The notes beneath the pieces were generated by a model that worked only from the letters and a program-made list of their open reading frames with translations, had not been told where the DNA came from and did no database searches. Of a stretch of 64,000 nt of DNA, positions 17,837 through 27,723 are shown one piece after another (positions within the stretch are counted from its first letter, which is position 1; every line of letters begins with the position of its first letter). Source of the stretch: a virus (Duplodnaviria; Caudoviricetes); the IMG/VR virus record IMGVR_UViG_3300047564_001818. One strand, given 5' to 3'. A program made the translations under genes and the position numbers.

Positions 17837-18604
17837 ATGTCAATAAAAGATCTATCATTTAAGGAGCGCAGTCTCTTATTTGCTCGCTTGGCATCTATTG
17901 CCTACAGCGATCCTAAAACAGCTAAAAAATCAGTTAAAAGTTTAGGCTTTACAGAAGTTGAGTTCTATGATCGCGGCGGCGCTCAAGCATACAGATTTCA
18001 AAACAGAGATGATCTAGTTATAGTGTGTCGTGGCACCGAACCGACCTGTTTTAACGACATCAAAGCAGACCTACGAGCCATGCCGGTGATGGCAGAAACA
18101 ATCAGCCGTGTGCATAAAGGATTTAAAGCAGAAGTAGATGATCTATGGCCTATGATTGTAGAAGATCTTTTAGCCAAACAGCCCAATCAAAATCTATGGT
18201 TTGCTGGACACAGTCTTGGTGCTGCAATGGCAACCATTATGGCCAGTCGCTGTTTGTACTGTGAAAAACTACCAGATCCTGTAGAACTCTACACATTCGG
18301 TTCGCCGCGTGTAGGTTGGCGCGGGTATGTTGTGCATCTCGGCGTTGAACATCATCGCTGGGTAAATAACAATGATGTTGTTACTCGTGTACCATTAATT
18401 ATTATGGGCTATCGTCATCACGGTACAGAGCATTATATGAATGCATATGGACAGGTACGAAAGAACACAGGATGGCAGCGTGTAAAAGATCGCTGGCGTG
18501 GCATGTGGATGGGATTAAAGAAGGGCAGCATTGACAACTTCTCAGATCATTCTATGACCAACTATATTGCTAATATAGAAGCATGGAACAAGGAGCAGGA
18601 TTAA
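17837..18604 (+). CDS. lipase class 3 (alpha/beta hydrolase)
   Basis: RGTE, VHKGF, GHSLGAA, TFGSPRVG, NNNDVVTRVP, DH. Confidence 0.9.
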   Translation: MSIKDLSFKERSLLFARLASIAYSDPKTAKKSVKSLGFTEVEFYDRGGAQAYRFQNRDDLVIVCRGTEPTCFNDIKADLRAMPVMAETISRVHKGFKAEVDDLWPMIVEDLLAKQPNQNLWFAGHSLGAAMATIMASRCLYCEKLPDPVELYTFGSPRVGWRGYVVHLGVEHHRWVNNNDVVTRVPLIIMGYRHHGTEHYMNAYGQVRKNTGWQRVKDRWRGMWMGLKKGSIDNFSDHSMTNYIANIEAWNKEQD

Positions 18605-18616
18605 TCCTGCTCCTTG
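18589..18616. terminator. perfect 28-bp palindrome between convergent lipase and pstS
   Basis: CAAGGAGCAGGATTAATCCTGCTCCTTG. Confidence 0.55.
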
Positions 18617-18626
18617 AGTATTTCGA

Positions 18627-19589
18627 TTACTTGTTAGCCCACTCTTCTTGAGTTGCTGCTAGTTCTGGATCAGGAACAAGACCGTATTGTGCTAGAGCAC
18701 CGTCTGGGCCTGCCATATCGTCACTTACAAAGAACTGTACGTACTCTCTAAGTCCTGGGATTACTTCAAGATGTGCATCCTTAACATAGAAGTAAAGCGG
18801 ACGACTGATTGGATAATCACCACTTGAGATTGTTTCTACGCTAGGAAATACGCCGCTTACTGTAGCAACTTCTAGCTTGTCAGTGTTGTTCTGGTAGAAG
18901 CTAAGACCAAACACACCAAGTGAAGTTTGATTTGCTGCAAGACGTGCAAGTGTTTCAGTATAGTCGCCGTCAATGTCAACGGCTGCTCCGTCGGTGCGAA
19001 CCTTAACACAAGCCTTCTTCTGATCGTCGTCTAGCTTTTCGACACCCAGTACTGCTTTACAACCATCTTCCATGACCTTCACATCGAACACTTCACGTGT
19101 ACCGTGCTTGGTTCCTGGAATATAAGCAAGAATTTCTACACCCGGTAGAGCAGGATCAACGTCACTCCAAAGTTTTGCAGTGCTGTCAGCATGTAGTGCA
19201 GTGTATAGTTGTGCTACTGTTAGATTGTCAATGTTGAGTTGATCAATGTTAGATGCAAATACAATGCCATCGTAACCAATTCTAACTTCTGTAATAGGGC
19301 CCACGGCTGCTTCGCACTTGGCCCATTCTTCTTCTTTCATCTTTGAACTGCTGTTTGCAATATCAACTGTGTTTTCGCCAGTGCCTTCACATAGCTTTTT
19401 ACGGCCAGCACCCGACCCACCACCTTCTACTACTGGTGTTTGGAAATCGAAATTTTCACCAAATGATTCTGCAACAATAGTTGCGTATGGTAGAACTGTG
19501 CTTGAGCCTGTAACCTGTACGTTGTCACGTGCAAATGCACCTGTGGTTGTTAGGGCTACCACTGCCACTGCTGTTAGTAATGTTTTCAT
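18627..19589 (-). CDS. pstS: phosphate ABC transporter substrate-binding protein
   Basis: signal peptide, GSSTVLP, GGGSGAG, GTKHGT, YPISRPLYFY. Confidence 0.92.
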   Translation of the reverse strand: MKTLLTAVAVVALTTTGAFARDNVQVTGSSTVLPYATIVAESFGENFDFQTPVVEGGGSGAGRKKLCEGTGENTVDIANSSSKMKEEEWAKCEAAVGPITEVRIGYDGIVFASNIDQLNIDNLTVAQLYTALHADSTAKLWSDVDPALPGVEILAYIPGTKHGTREVFDVKVMEDGCKAVLGVEKLDDDQKKACVKVRTDGAAVDIDGDYTETLARLAANQTSLGVFGLSFYQNNTDKLEVATVSGVFPSVETISSGDYPISRPLYFYVKDAHLEVIPGLREYVQFFVSDDMAGPDGALAQYGLVPDPELAATQEEWANK

Positions 19590-19715
19590 GTGTGTTATCC
19601 TTTTGTTAACAAAATAAAACGCAAGGAGACTATATCTCTGTGTGAGCATGTATATGTGTCTGTGTCTCATTACGTTATTATTTACATGATACTATAACAT
19701 AACAGTGTAACAGAT

Positions 19716-20471
19716 TTATGATAATTTTCTAACACTTTTATTATATTTTATAGATTCTTCTATTAAAGTTAGATTTACATCAACTAATTTTCCTGTATGA
19801 ACAATAGCTGCGGTGTCCTTAGGAAAACAGTGTCCACCAAATCCTCTCTCAGGTGTAATTGTAGTATGACTATCACCTATACGACTGTCTGTTGCTATTA
19901 CATGACGCACCATTTCATACTCAATGCCTGTAGCAGAGCAGAGATCATATACCTGATTGAAGAAAGCAACCTTAGTTGCCAGAAAACTGTTACGGAAGTA
20001 TTTGGCTAATATTAATTCTTCTGGCAATGCTACTTGTGTAGTAAACTTATTGTCATCAAAAGCTACACGGAATACAGCGTGCCAAAATCCTACTGCGTCT
20101 CCGCCCATGTAAATTTCACGTGTAGCTAAGAAATCTTTCACTGCACTAGCTGCTCTTAAAAATTCAGGCGCAAAGGTTAAACTATGATTAGGATACAGTT
20201 CTCTTAGTTTCTGCCATCCTTCTAGGCTAACGGTGCTCCTAACTAAAATAGGTGTGTCTTGATCAACGCGACCTACAACATCAATCACGTTGTCAGCATA
20301 GCAAGCACCAGTATCGGACTGAGGAGTACTTACACAAACAATAACACCTTCAGGTTTGCCAAAGTCTGTATGGCCCAGTGCCGGATCGTAGATGTTTACA
20401 TTAAATTTGTCTTTAAGGGCCGCATAGTGAGCTTGCCCTACAAACCCATAACCTGCAATTGTAATGTTCAT
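19716..20471 (-). CDS. ugd: UDP-glucose/GDP-mannose dehydrogenase family (short form)
   Basis: GYGFVG Rossmann, PEFLR, GFGGHCFPKD catalytic Cys; TTGACA-N17-TATTAT promoter at ~20490-20518. Confidence 0.85.
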   Translation of the reverse strand: MNITIAGYGFVGQAHYAALKDKFNVNIYDPALGHTDFGKPEGVIVCVSTPQSDTGACYADNVIDVVGRVDQDTPILVRSTVSLEGWQKLRELYPNHSLTFAPEFLRAASAVKDFLATREIYMGGDAVGFWHAVFRVAFDDNKFTTQVALPEELILAKYFRNSFLATKVAFFNQVYDLCSATGIEYEMVRHVIATDSRIGDSHTTITPERGFGGHCFPKDTAAIVHTGKLVDVNLTLIEESIKYNKSVRKLS

Positions 20472-20642
20472 TTGTTTTCCTTTTTGATGTATAATACTAT
20501 ATGTTATTTACATTGTCAAGTCATGCATTAAACGCATAACGAGTTTGCACTAACCACAGTTGTTTTTTAGGTATAATCGTGTTAAATATATAGTTAATGC
20601 TGCAAGTGCAGCATTTCACACATATATAGAGAGAAAACGAAA

Positions 20643-20807
20643 ATGTTAACACTAAAACTATTTAACGACTGGGTGCATTTACTGTCATCTAGACCTGCAG
20701 ACAAGGATCTAGCAACTTGGGCTCGCATTGAATACAAAAAAGATTCACTTTACGCTTATCACCACATGCTTGAGCATGGTGTTGCTCCCGGAGCAGGAGC
20801 AAGATAA
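20643..20807 (+). CDS. 54-aa small protein
   Basis: MLTLKLFND...GAGAR; TAATG-coupled to next ORF. Confidence 0.6.
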   Translation: MLTLKLFNDWVHLLSSRPADKDLATWARIEYKKDSLYAYHHMLEHGVAPGAGAR

Positions 20808-20965
20808 TGATTGCAAAAATCAAAACTTGGTATGCTCGTCATAGAGTATACAAAACAACTCTAAGAGAGTTAAATTCTCTTACCTACCACGAACTACGTG
20901 ACCTTGGACTTGCACCCGAAATGATCCCAGTGGTTGCCAGCGAAGCTGCTTACGGAATACGATAA
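20807..20965 (+). CDS. DUF1127 (YjiS-like) small protein
   Basis: WYARHRVYKTTLRELNSLTYHELRDLGL...VASEAAYG pattern; not in ORF track. Confidence 0.8.
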   Translation: MIAKIKTWYARHRVYKTTLRELNSLTYHELRDLGLAPEMIPVVASEAAYGIR

Positions 20966-21156
20966 TGTTAGGTACAATAATGCTTAGAAATATGTTTAAA
21001 GATTTACTTAACACCCGTACTGAAAAGCAATATGTTGAAGAATATCTTGCAGACAGTATCAGTTTAGAAGATCTAGAACGTAGACAACGCACAATCAGCA
21101 AAGGTGAAGCACCTTGGCAGCTTAGAGCAAATCAAAACTTGAAAGGGTGGATATAA
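20965..21156 (+). CDS. DUF3563-like small protein
   Basis: EEYLADSISLEDLERRQR motif. Confidence 0.65.
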   Translation: MLGTIMLRNMFKDLLNTRTEKQYVEEYLADSISLEDLERRQRTISKGEAPWQLRANQNLKGWI

Positions 21157-21218
21157 TGTTAGATCCAGATCACAGTTACTATCGCGATCACAGCGAAAAG
21201 AAAGCGGGCGGCAAATAA
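21156..21218 (+). CDS. 20-aa micro-ORF MLDPDHSYYRDHSEKKAGGK
   Basis: TAATG overlaps at both ends. Confidence 0.5.
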   Translation: MLDPDHSYYRDHSEKKAGGK

Positions 21219-21337
21219 TGTGGCAACGCATTATTGCGTTATTTGAACGCACAGGTCGTGCTAGAGCCGCTGCTGAACTAGCACGTCAAGGACGTCATGA
21301 TCTTGCTCGTAAGATCATGCTAGGAGAAAATCTATGA
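21218..21337 (+). CDS. 39-aa small protein
   Basis: MWQRIIALFERTGRARAAAELARQGRHDLARKIML; coupled. Confidence 0.65.
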   Translation: MWQRIIALFERTGRARAAAELARQGRHDLARKIMLGENL

Positions 21338-21405
21338 GTCATATTCCATACTACGGTGAAGATGCTCCAAAAAAAGATCACAAGCCGGTTGACACTGATA
21401 AATAA
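21334..21405 (+). CDS. 23-aa micro-ORF MSHIPYYGEDAPKKDHKPVDTDK
   Basis: ATGA overlap, AGGAG RBS. Confidence 0.5.
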   Translation: MSHIPYYGEDAPKKDHKPVDTDK

Positions 21406-21449
21406 TTTTGTTACACTAGTAACAGTTCACACACATACACAAGGAGAAA

Positions 21450-21761
21450 ATGATGAACGATAAATTCCCAAGCGAAATGATGGAACAGTTTGCTACCATG
21501 ATGAAGGCTGCAATGCCTACTGTAAAAGCAAACAAAAATGGTTTTGAAATCCGTACCAAGGTACTTGAGTTTGCTCAGAACCAAGCATGGCAAGACTATC
21601 ACGCAAAGTGGGGTCAGTTTGAAACTTCAATCAGCAAAGACGGTAAAGAAGTTGTTACTAAAGTAGAACTTCCAAGTGTTCCTGGTGCTGATGCTGTTCT
21701 CGAAACTGCTCAGAAGTTTTACGATTTCGTAAGCAACAACTCAACTAAAACTAAAGACTAA
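21450..21761 (+). CDS. hypothetical phage protein
   Basis: AAGGAG RBS, late box 21398-21404, KNGFEIRT...AQKFYDFV. Confidence 0.75.
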   Translation: MMNDKFPSEMMEQFATMMKAAMPTVKANKNGFEIRTKVLEFAQNQAWQDYHAKWGQFETSISKDGKEVVTKVELPSVPGADAVLETAQKFYDFVSNNSTKTKD

Positions 21762-21840
21762 AATATACTTGACTAAATAGAAATGTTATTATAAACTTAT
21801 TAAATGTAAGGCATAGCCTGTATATTATTATATGAAAGAA

Positions 21841-21872
21841 AGCCCCTGTTAGTGTAATGCTAGCAGGGGTTA
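21841..21872. terminator. hairpin terminator between convergent genes
   Basis: GCCCCTGTTAG-loop-CTAGCAGGGGT. Confidence 0.65.
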
Positions 21873-21876
21873 ACCT

Positions 21877-24800
21877 TTATCTACGCTTAAAGTGATAGTC
21901 ACCATCAGGTCCATAGTTTGTAAACTGTGCTACTAACTCGAATCCTATGCTGTGCATATATTCAAACACAGTTTCTCTTAGAGGCGCACCTTTGTTATAT
22001 TCAACGCTTTGCAGTTCTAGTATAACATGTTCTACAGTTTCTAATACTTCTTCTGCGCCACGCAGTACATCAAGTTCTGCACCCTGTACATCCATTTTTA
22101 ACAGTTCAGGCTTAGGCAACTGTTTTAATCTATGTACTGCATCCAGTGTTACTGTTTGATAAGTGCGCTTGTGTGTTTCATTAAAGTAAAATGCACTGTT
22201 GGCATTGATGTCACTGTTTTCAATATAATAACTGTTGCCGCCAGGATGCCAATCATTCTGATAGAACTCTACAGTTTTGCCACTCGCATTACTTAATACT
22301 CCTATGTGATAAGGTATACCTTTTTCTTTGTATAGAAATTCACAACTGGGCATTGCTTCGAACGCAACTATATTGCTGTTGGGCCAAATCTGTTCTGCTT
22401 CATTGGTCCAGTGCAGCACACATGCACCTACATCATATATCACACTAGGCTCAAAGCCACTGTCTTTTAAATATTGTAGATAGTCCACATGCTGTTTTGG
22501 CAATAGTCGTTGGTTGCTGAGATCTCTCAATCTATCAGTAATGCTGTTGTCCGCAGCAGGTATTGAATCGTCTACGGTAAACTCACCTTGTCCTATGTGT
22601 CTACACTTAATAGCAGTGTCAGCATAGATCTTAAAACCTTTCTTGAGTGCTTTGGCACAAAAGTCTACGTCTTCGCTGATAGTGTTGGTGTGATTCAATG
22701 CGCTGTGATAAACAAAGTGTGGATAGGGTATTGCTTGAAACACAGACTTTTTGATTAGTACACATCCAAAGCCACAGCCGCCGATGGGCACAAGTCCGCG
22801 GTCTTTGATTTTACCGTAAGGTATGTTGCTAACGCCGCCTCGGTCATTGTTTTCGTATATTTCCAGAGTGTGATGCCCTGGCTTGCGTTGTATGTACAAG
22901 CCGCTGACCACGTCAACGTCATGCGACAGAAATCTTCTCAGAGTGTCTCTTGGTAATACAATATCACTGTCTACACTCAGTAGATAGTCATATCCTTTGA
23001 CTACCCAGTCTGCAATTAGATTTCGTATTTGATCTATGTTATAACCATAGAAGTATTGAAACACTGTCTGATAGCCCTCTGGAACGTCCAGATCGTATAT
23101 ACTCTTGAAGGTTTCCGGTTCTATATACTTGGCTGTGGGTATCGCTATCAGGATCTTTTTTTTTGGTTGATTCATGTTGACAATCTCTCTTGCATTTTTA
23201 TTTTGTTCTGTGCTGTTAACTTTGTAATCATTAAGCGGATTAACGTCATTGTAGTTTACCATTATGTCTTGCACTGCCTGTACACTGTTAGGATCAGCCT
23301 GCTCTATCAATGCATAGAATACACTGCCATCGCCGCCTGCGCCGTACCATTCGCCGTTAGTGTCTTTGAACAGTGTGTCATCTACGCTGTCTATTAGACT
23401 TTTTCTAAATGTTCTTAGATGTGTATAGGGCAGTATCCAGTTGAAATGGTGTGTTCTATATGCTCTTGTTTCTTTAATGTGCTGTGGATATTCCTGTGCT
23501 ATCAAAGGAATGTTATCTGCTATGCTCCAGCAACTGCCATAGGTAAACTCTGCTCCGTCTAGGTATCGATCGTTGTAGTAGTGAAATATGCTGTTGTCAT
23601 TGGTTAAACTGTCGTCGCCATCCAGTAACATGATAATGCTGTCTGTTTCTAAACTTCTAACAGTTTCAATTTGATTTCTCACTGCACCGTAGTGACTAGT
23701 TCTCTTTACAATTTTGAACTTGCTTTGTATATGTTCAGGCAAAGATGCAATAGTCCGTTCTATTACAGCAACGCTTTGATCTGTAGAACAGTCATCAATC
23801 AGCGTGTGTTCCCAGTTGTCATAGTCCTGTGCAGCAACACTGAGTATGTGATTTTCTAAGTAGTGTTCTGCATTATAGAAAGGACTTACAATCTCTATCT
23901 TCTGTTGTGGATAACTGGCTGTGTGCGGCATTTCACAGGGATTGGTATAGCGTCTTTTCCATATCTTGTGTATGCGTTGATTTATTTTTTGTACTGCTCT
24001 GTATTCATCCACAGGTAGATGCTGTTTTAACTTGTAATAGAAATGCTGTTTCCACTGTAGAGCCACTGTGTCCCAACCTACTACGTCTTTTATTATATTA
24101 CAATAGTTTTGTTTTTGTTGATGTAGATATCGATCACAATATGCCTGTACAGTAACAGCAACAAACTTTTCAATCTGTTGTGGCGAGTTAATGTTTGGGA
24201 ACAGATTGTTTGGTACTACAGAATAATCAATCACATAGCAGGCTTCGGCCAGTGCTATTTCTTCTAGTGCTCCAAATCTGCAGGTTATCAACGGTGTGTT
24301 GTAGCAGAGACTTTCCACTGAACTGATACCAAATGTTTCTGGAAACGCACTTGGATAGATCATGAAGCTAGATTGTTGAAGTATGTGTGCAATAGACTTT
24401 TGTGATATAACGCCTGTAAACTCTATGTCCAACTGTTGGTTCACAGGATCATTGGCCATAACATGCCAATCCTGCTCCTGTTGATCAGGAGCACTGCTCT
24501 TGCCAAATCTATAGTATCCGCCTATTATTTTTAGTTTAGCATTGGGCAACTGTTGTTTGACTCTGGGCCAAATTTCTTTTACTAAAGGTACCATGCCTTT
24601 GGTAACACTGGCATTGTATACAAACAGATCAGGGTCTTTGCTTTTTAGATCTGTTTGAGTATCGTAGATGTTAACGCCGTTCCTAGTTATAAAAACTTTG
24701 GGTTTAAGCACTTCGAAGTTGCGTCTTGCACCGTGATCGCAGTTGGTAATGTAGGTTAGATGCCAGTCGCTCAGTGTAAAGATATCTGTGATTCTGTTTT

Positions 24801-25227
24801 CGGTTGCAAGTTTTTCTATCAGCAAATCGCCTAGACAGAAGGTGTCGTGCATCCAAAGTATTCGCAATTTGGCTTTGCTGAGTATTCTGTTGTAGAGATC
24901 AAGCTGTTGAAATGGTGCTGCTCTGTTGTCTCTCAGCTGTGGATAGTCTTTGGGATCTGTGAAAGGTATTACAGTTCTTGAACTGATTACAATATCAAAG
25001 TCCCAGTCCTTGGCTAGATCTCTTGTGGGTCTGTAGACAACACCGTTGTATGTGCCAGGCTGTGTGTCTTCTGAATCACAGTTGTTGAATACTGTTACAC
25101 TAAACCCAAGTTTAGCTAGTTGTTCGCTGGCAAAAGTAACAGCACTTTCTGAGCCACCTAGACCTTGTTTGTATACTGTTGTACCATCATAGGGTATACC
25201 AATGATGTCTATGATTGCGATCTTCAT
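21877..25227 (-). CDS. multi-domain glycosyltransferase (GT-B/GT4 + GT2 + GT-A-like + FkbM methyltransferase)
   Basis: GLGGSE and ETFGISSVE (GT4); IVSPFYN..DDCSTD..LLDGDD (GT2); VDSDIVLP; YDVGA...LKMDVQGAELDVL (FkbM). Confidence 0.85.
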   Translation of the reverse strand: MKIAIIDIIGIPYDGTTVYKQGLGGSESAVTFASEQLAKLGFSVTVFNNCDSEDTQPGTYNGVVYRPTRDLAKDWDFDIVISSRTVIPFTDPKDYPQLRDNRAAPFQQLDLYNRILSKAKLRILWMHDTFCLGDLLIEKLATENRITDIFTLSDWHLTYITNCDHGARRNFEVLKPKVFITRNGVNIYDTQTDLKSKDPDLFVYNASVTKGMVPLVKEIWPRVKQQLPNAKLKIIGGYYRFGKSSAPDQQEQDWHVMANDPVNQQLDIEFTGVISQKSIAHILQQSSFMIYPSAFPETFGISSVESLCYNTPLITCRFGALEEIALAEACYVIDYSVVPNNLFPNINSPQQIEKFVAVTVQAYCDRYLHQQKQNYCNIIKDVVGWDTVALQWKQHFYYKLKQHLPVDEYRAVQKINQRIHKIWKRRYTNPCEMPHTASYPQQKIEIVSPFYNAEHYLENHILSVAAQDYDNWEHTLIDDCSTDQSVAVIERTIASLPEHIQSKFKIVKRTSHYGAVRNQIETVRSLETDSIIMLLDGDDSLTNDNSIFHYYNDRYLDGAEFTYGSCWSIADNIPLIAQEYPQHIKETRAYRTHHFNWILPYTHLRTFRKSLIDSVDDTLFKDTNGEWYGAGGDGSVFYALIEQADPNSVQAVQDIMVNYNDVNPLNDYKVNSTEQNKNAREIVNMNQPKKKILIAIPTAKYIEPETFKSIYDLDVPEGYQTVFQYFYGYNIDQIRNLIADWVVKGYDYLLSVDSDIVLPRDTLRRFLSHDVDVVSGLYIQRKPGHHTLEIYENNDRGGVSNIPYGKIKDRGLVPIGGCGFGCVLIKKSVFQAIPYPHFVYHSALNHTNTISEDVDFCAKALKKGFKIYADTAIKCRHIGQGEFTVDDSIPAADNSITDRLRDLSNQRLLPKQHVDYLQYLKDSGFEPSVIYDVGACVLHWTNEAEQIWPNSNIVAFEAMPSCEFLYKEKGIPYHIGVLSNASGKTVEFYQNDWHPGGNSYYIENSDINANSAFYFNETHKRTYQTVTLDAVHRLKQLPKPELLKMDVQGAELDVLRGAEEVLETVEHVILELQSVEYNKGAPLRETVFEYMHSIGFELVAQFTNYGPDGDYHFKRR

Positions 25228-25271
25228 AAATGTAATTATATAGTACTGTTGACAAAAAGTCTAGTTTTGAT

Positions 25272-26312
25272 TTAGGAATCACTCCAGCGTTGGAATGATC
25301 CTGATGTAACAATAAACAGTTCGTAACTGAAAGTTGATCCTCTATAGGCATCTAGCACAGTTACAGAATTAAGCAGACCTGTTCTTACTCTAGAACCTAG
25401 TCTAACTGTGTTAAAGGTAGACACAATGTATCCTGTTGGCGGTGGCGGAAGTACAGTGTCTGGATTGTCAGGAAAAGTAAATGTTGTACCAGGCCAAATA
25501 ATACGAACTGCACCGTTACCACCAGGTGCAACAACACCTGTATTACTGTCCCAAGATCCGCCGCCTCCGCCACCAGGAGAACCACCGTTACCACCTTTTG
25601 ACCCGGCACTTGTTGATCCGTTTCCGTCTCCACCATTAACTGCTGTCGAAGCAAATATATTAGAGCCACCGCCGCCGCCGCCGGTTATGTCACTTTGCCC
25701 TGTGCCACCATTACCACCGCCACCATTACCTGTTCCAGCACTAAACGCCGCGCCGCCGCCACCGCCAGCACCGGTTGCTGCTCCATTGAACCCTGAAGTG
25801 AAAGATCCATGCCCACTAAACGAGGCAGAGCCGTTTCCTCCGTTTCCCCCGTAGCCACCACCGCCACCACCGCCACCACCACCGTTAAATCCGCCTCCGC
25901 CGCCGTTGCCGCCACCAGTTGTCACACCTCCCGGGGTGTTTGAAAAAGTAAATGTTCCGCCAGCAGAACCAGGAGTAGTACTATAACTTGCACCACCTTC
26001 ACCGCCATTTGCAGTTATTACAAAAGATCCAACTGTAAATCTAGATAACCCACCAGATTCTGCTCGTGTATTTTTACCATTACCGTTTGATCCACCAGCG
26101 CCTACAACAACAGTATATGAAACTCCCGGTGTTACTGTTATGTTATTAGCATAAGCTAATGCAGCGCCGCCGCCGCCGCCGCCGCCGCCGTCACCTGAAT
26201 TTCCGTCATCTCCGGCGCCGCCGCCGCCGACAGCAACTACTGATACAGAAGTTACACCCGCTGGTGCTGTCCAACTGTATGTACCCGGGGTTGTAAATTC
26301 AGCCGAAGCCAT
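25272..26312 (-). CDS. glycine-rich tail/virion protein
   Basis: SWTAPAGVTSVSVVAVGGGG and poly-G runs. Confidence 0.8.
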   Translation of the reverse strand: MASAEFTTPGTYSWTAPAGVTSVSVVAVGGGGAGDDGNSGDGGGGGGGGAALAYANNITVTPGVSYTVVVGAGGSNGNGKNTRAESGGLSRFTVGSFVITANGGEGGASYSTTPGSAGGTFTFSNTPGGVTTGGGNGGGGGFNGGGGGGGGGGYGGNGGNGSASFSGHGSFTSGFNGAATGAGGGGGAAFSAGTGNGGGGNGGTGQSDITGGGGGGSNIFASTAVNGGDGNGSTSAGSKGGNGGSPGGGGGGSWDSNTGVVAPGGNGAVRIIWPGTTFTFPDNPDTVLPPPPTGYIVSTFNTVRLGSRVRTGLLNSVTVLDAYRGSTFSYELFIVTSGSFQRWSDS

Positions 26313-26322
26313 GGCTTATCCT

Positions 26323-27456
26323 TTATGAACCGTAGGGAATATTAAATTCTGGAAATGCATAACAAGCATTGTAAGTTGCACTGTTAGGCGCTTGATTTCC
26401 GCATTTGTGAATTCTAAATATTCTAAAATTACCACTGCCTTCTGTTATCATATCGCCGGTAAAACCTATGTCTTCACTGGTTCTGTAACAACTCATTAAT
26501 CTACTGTTTCTAGGATCGCCAAAGTTATCTGTTGAATCACTGTGTCCATTGTACATCAACGGTATCAACTGATGTGCATAGTCGCCACTGGTTACAGGTA
26601 CTTGATAAACTCTGTTCATAGGTCTAGGATGCATTACCGGTGCTGTACTGTTTGCGGTTTGATTGCCGTAGTGTTGTGTTCCGTTAGGACCATCGCCGCC
26701 GTTGGTTGGAGTATTTCTAAAGGTACCGTATTGATCTATATAGTTGGTTCTATAAAGTCCTGTGGCATTATTTGTTGTTGTGCCCACTCCATTGCCCTGA
26801 TCCATGGTGTCCGGCCAAAACCAATAGGCAAACGCCTGTGGCGTATATCTTACGTTACTGTTGTAGGCATAGTTATCAATGCTGGGAATGTATTCAAGAT
26901 CAGCAAGTATCCACGTGCCATAGTCCTTAGTAGTACTGCTGCCAGTTGTTTGAACTTGAATCACCAGCACATGATCAGTGATTATACAGTGTATTACACT
27001 GACTTCATTTGTGTTTGCTAGCTCACCATTCCACCTAGGGCCAGCTGTAGAATTGCTAGATGTTACATAAGCCATAGCGTCAGTGCGAGGGTATCCATTG
27101 CCCAGTTGCGAATCATAGTATCTAGCCTTAAAACCTTGGGTACTGCCCCACTCAAGATACATAATACTTCTAGCTTGAAATGCGCCACCATTTAGTCCTT
27201 TAGCATAATGCCACTTAGTGATAGATGCGTTTGCAGTTGCCGTACCACTTGTAACACTACTGGTATAGATTCCGCTTGTTGGAGCAGTTCCTGATATAAC
27301 AGAAGATTCTTTTGATATAGCTGTAGACGTAATCTGCGACAGGCTGGTCCAAGTTCCGCTGGCAAAATTACCTATCGCTGTAAACACAGGGCCCCAGCCC
27401 GCAGTATTGGTTCCAACAGTAGAGCCAGTTCCGTTGAACACTAGTTTTAAATACAT
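26323..27456 (-). CDS. putative virion structural protein
   Basis: T/S/G/N-rich beta protein; AAGGAG before MYLKL. Confidence 0.65.
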   Translation of the reverse strand: MYLKLVFNGTGSTVGTNTAGWGPVFTAIGNFASGTWTSLSQITSTAISKESSVISGTAPTSGIYTSSVTSGTATANASITKWHYAKGLNGGAFQARSIMYLEWGSTQGFKARYYDSQLGNGYPRTDAMAYVTSSNSTAGPRWNGELANTNEVSVIHCIITDHVLVIQVQTTGSSTTKDYGTWILADLEYIPSIDNYAYNSNVRYTPQAFAYWFWPDTMDQGNGVGTTTNNATGLYRTNYIDQYGTFRNTPTNGGDGPNGTQHYGNQTANSTAPVMHPRPMNRVYQVPVTSGDYAHQLIPLMYNGHSDSTDNFGDPRNSRLMSCYRTSEDIGFTGDMITEGSGNFRIFRIHKCGNQAPNSATYNACYAFPEFNIPYGS

Positions 27457-27457
27457 C

Positions 27458-27712
27458 TCAGTCTCCTTGATATTCGGTATAAACACCGTCTGCGTCTATG
27501 AGTGTGTGTTCGCCCAACACAACAATCTCTTCCCATAGACCATATTTTGATCCTAAGATTCCGTTGGGTTGGTCACCTAGTAGGTAAGCTCTACTCAGTT
27601 GATCAACTGTTGCTGCTTCGCTTCTATACACAGTTATTGTATAGTCAGCGTCCTCTGGAAGACCATATCTAGATTTTATTTGGGTTATTGCCGCTTGATC
27701 AGTCAATGCCAT
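27458..27712 (-). CDS. hypothetical (tail region)
   Basis: 84 aa ORF. Confidence 0.6.
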   Translation of the reverse strand: MALTDQAAITQIKSRYGLPEDADYTITVYRSEAATVDQLSRAYLLGDQPNGILGSKYGLWEEIVVLGEHTLIDADGVYTEYQGD

Positions 27713-27723
27713 GTGTTTGATCC

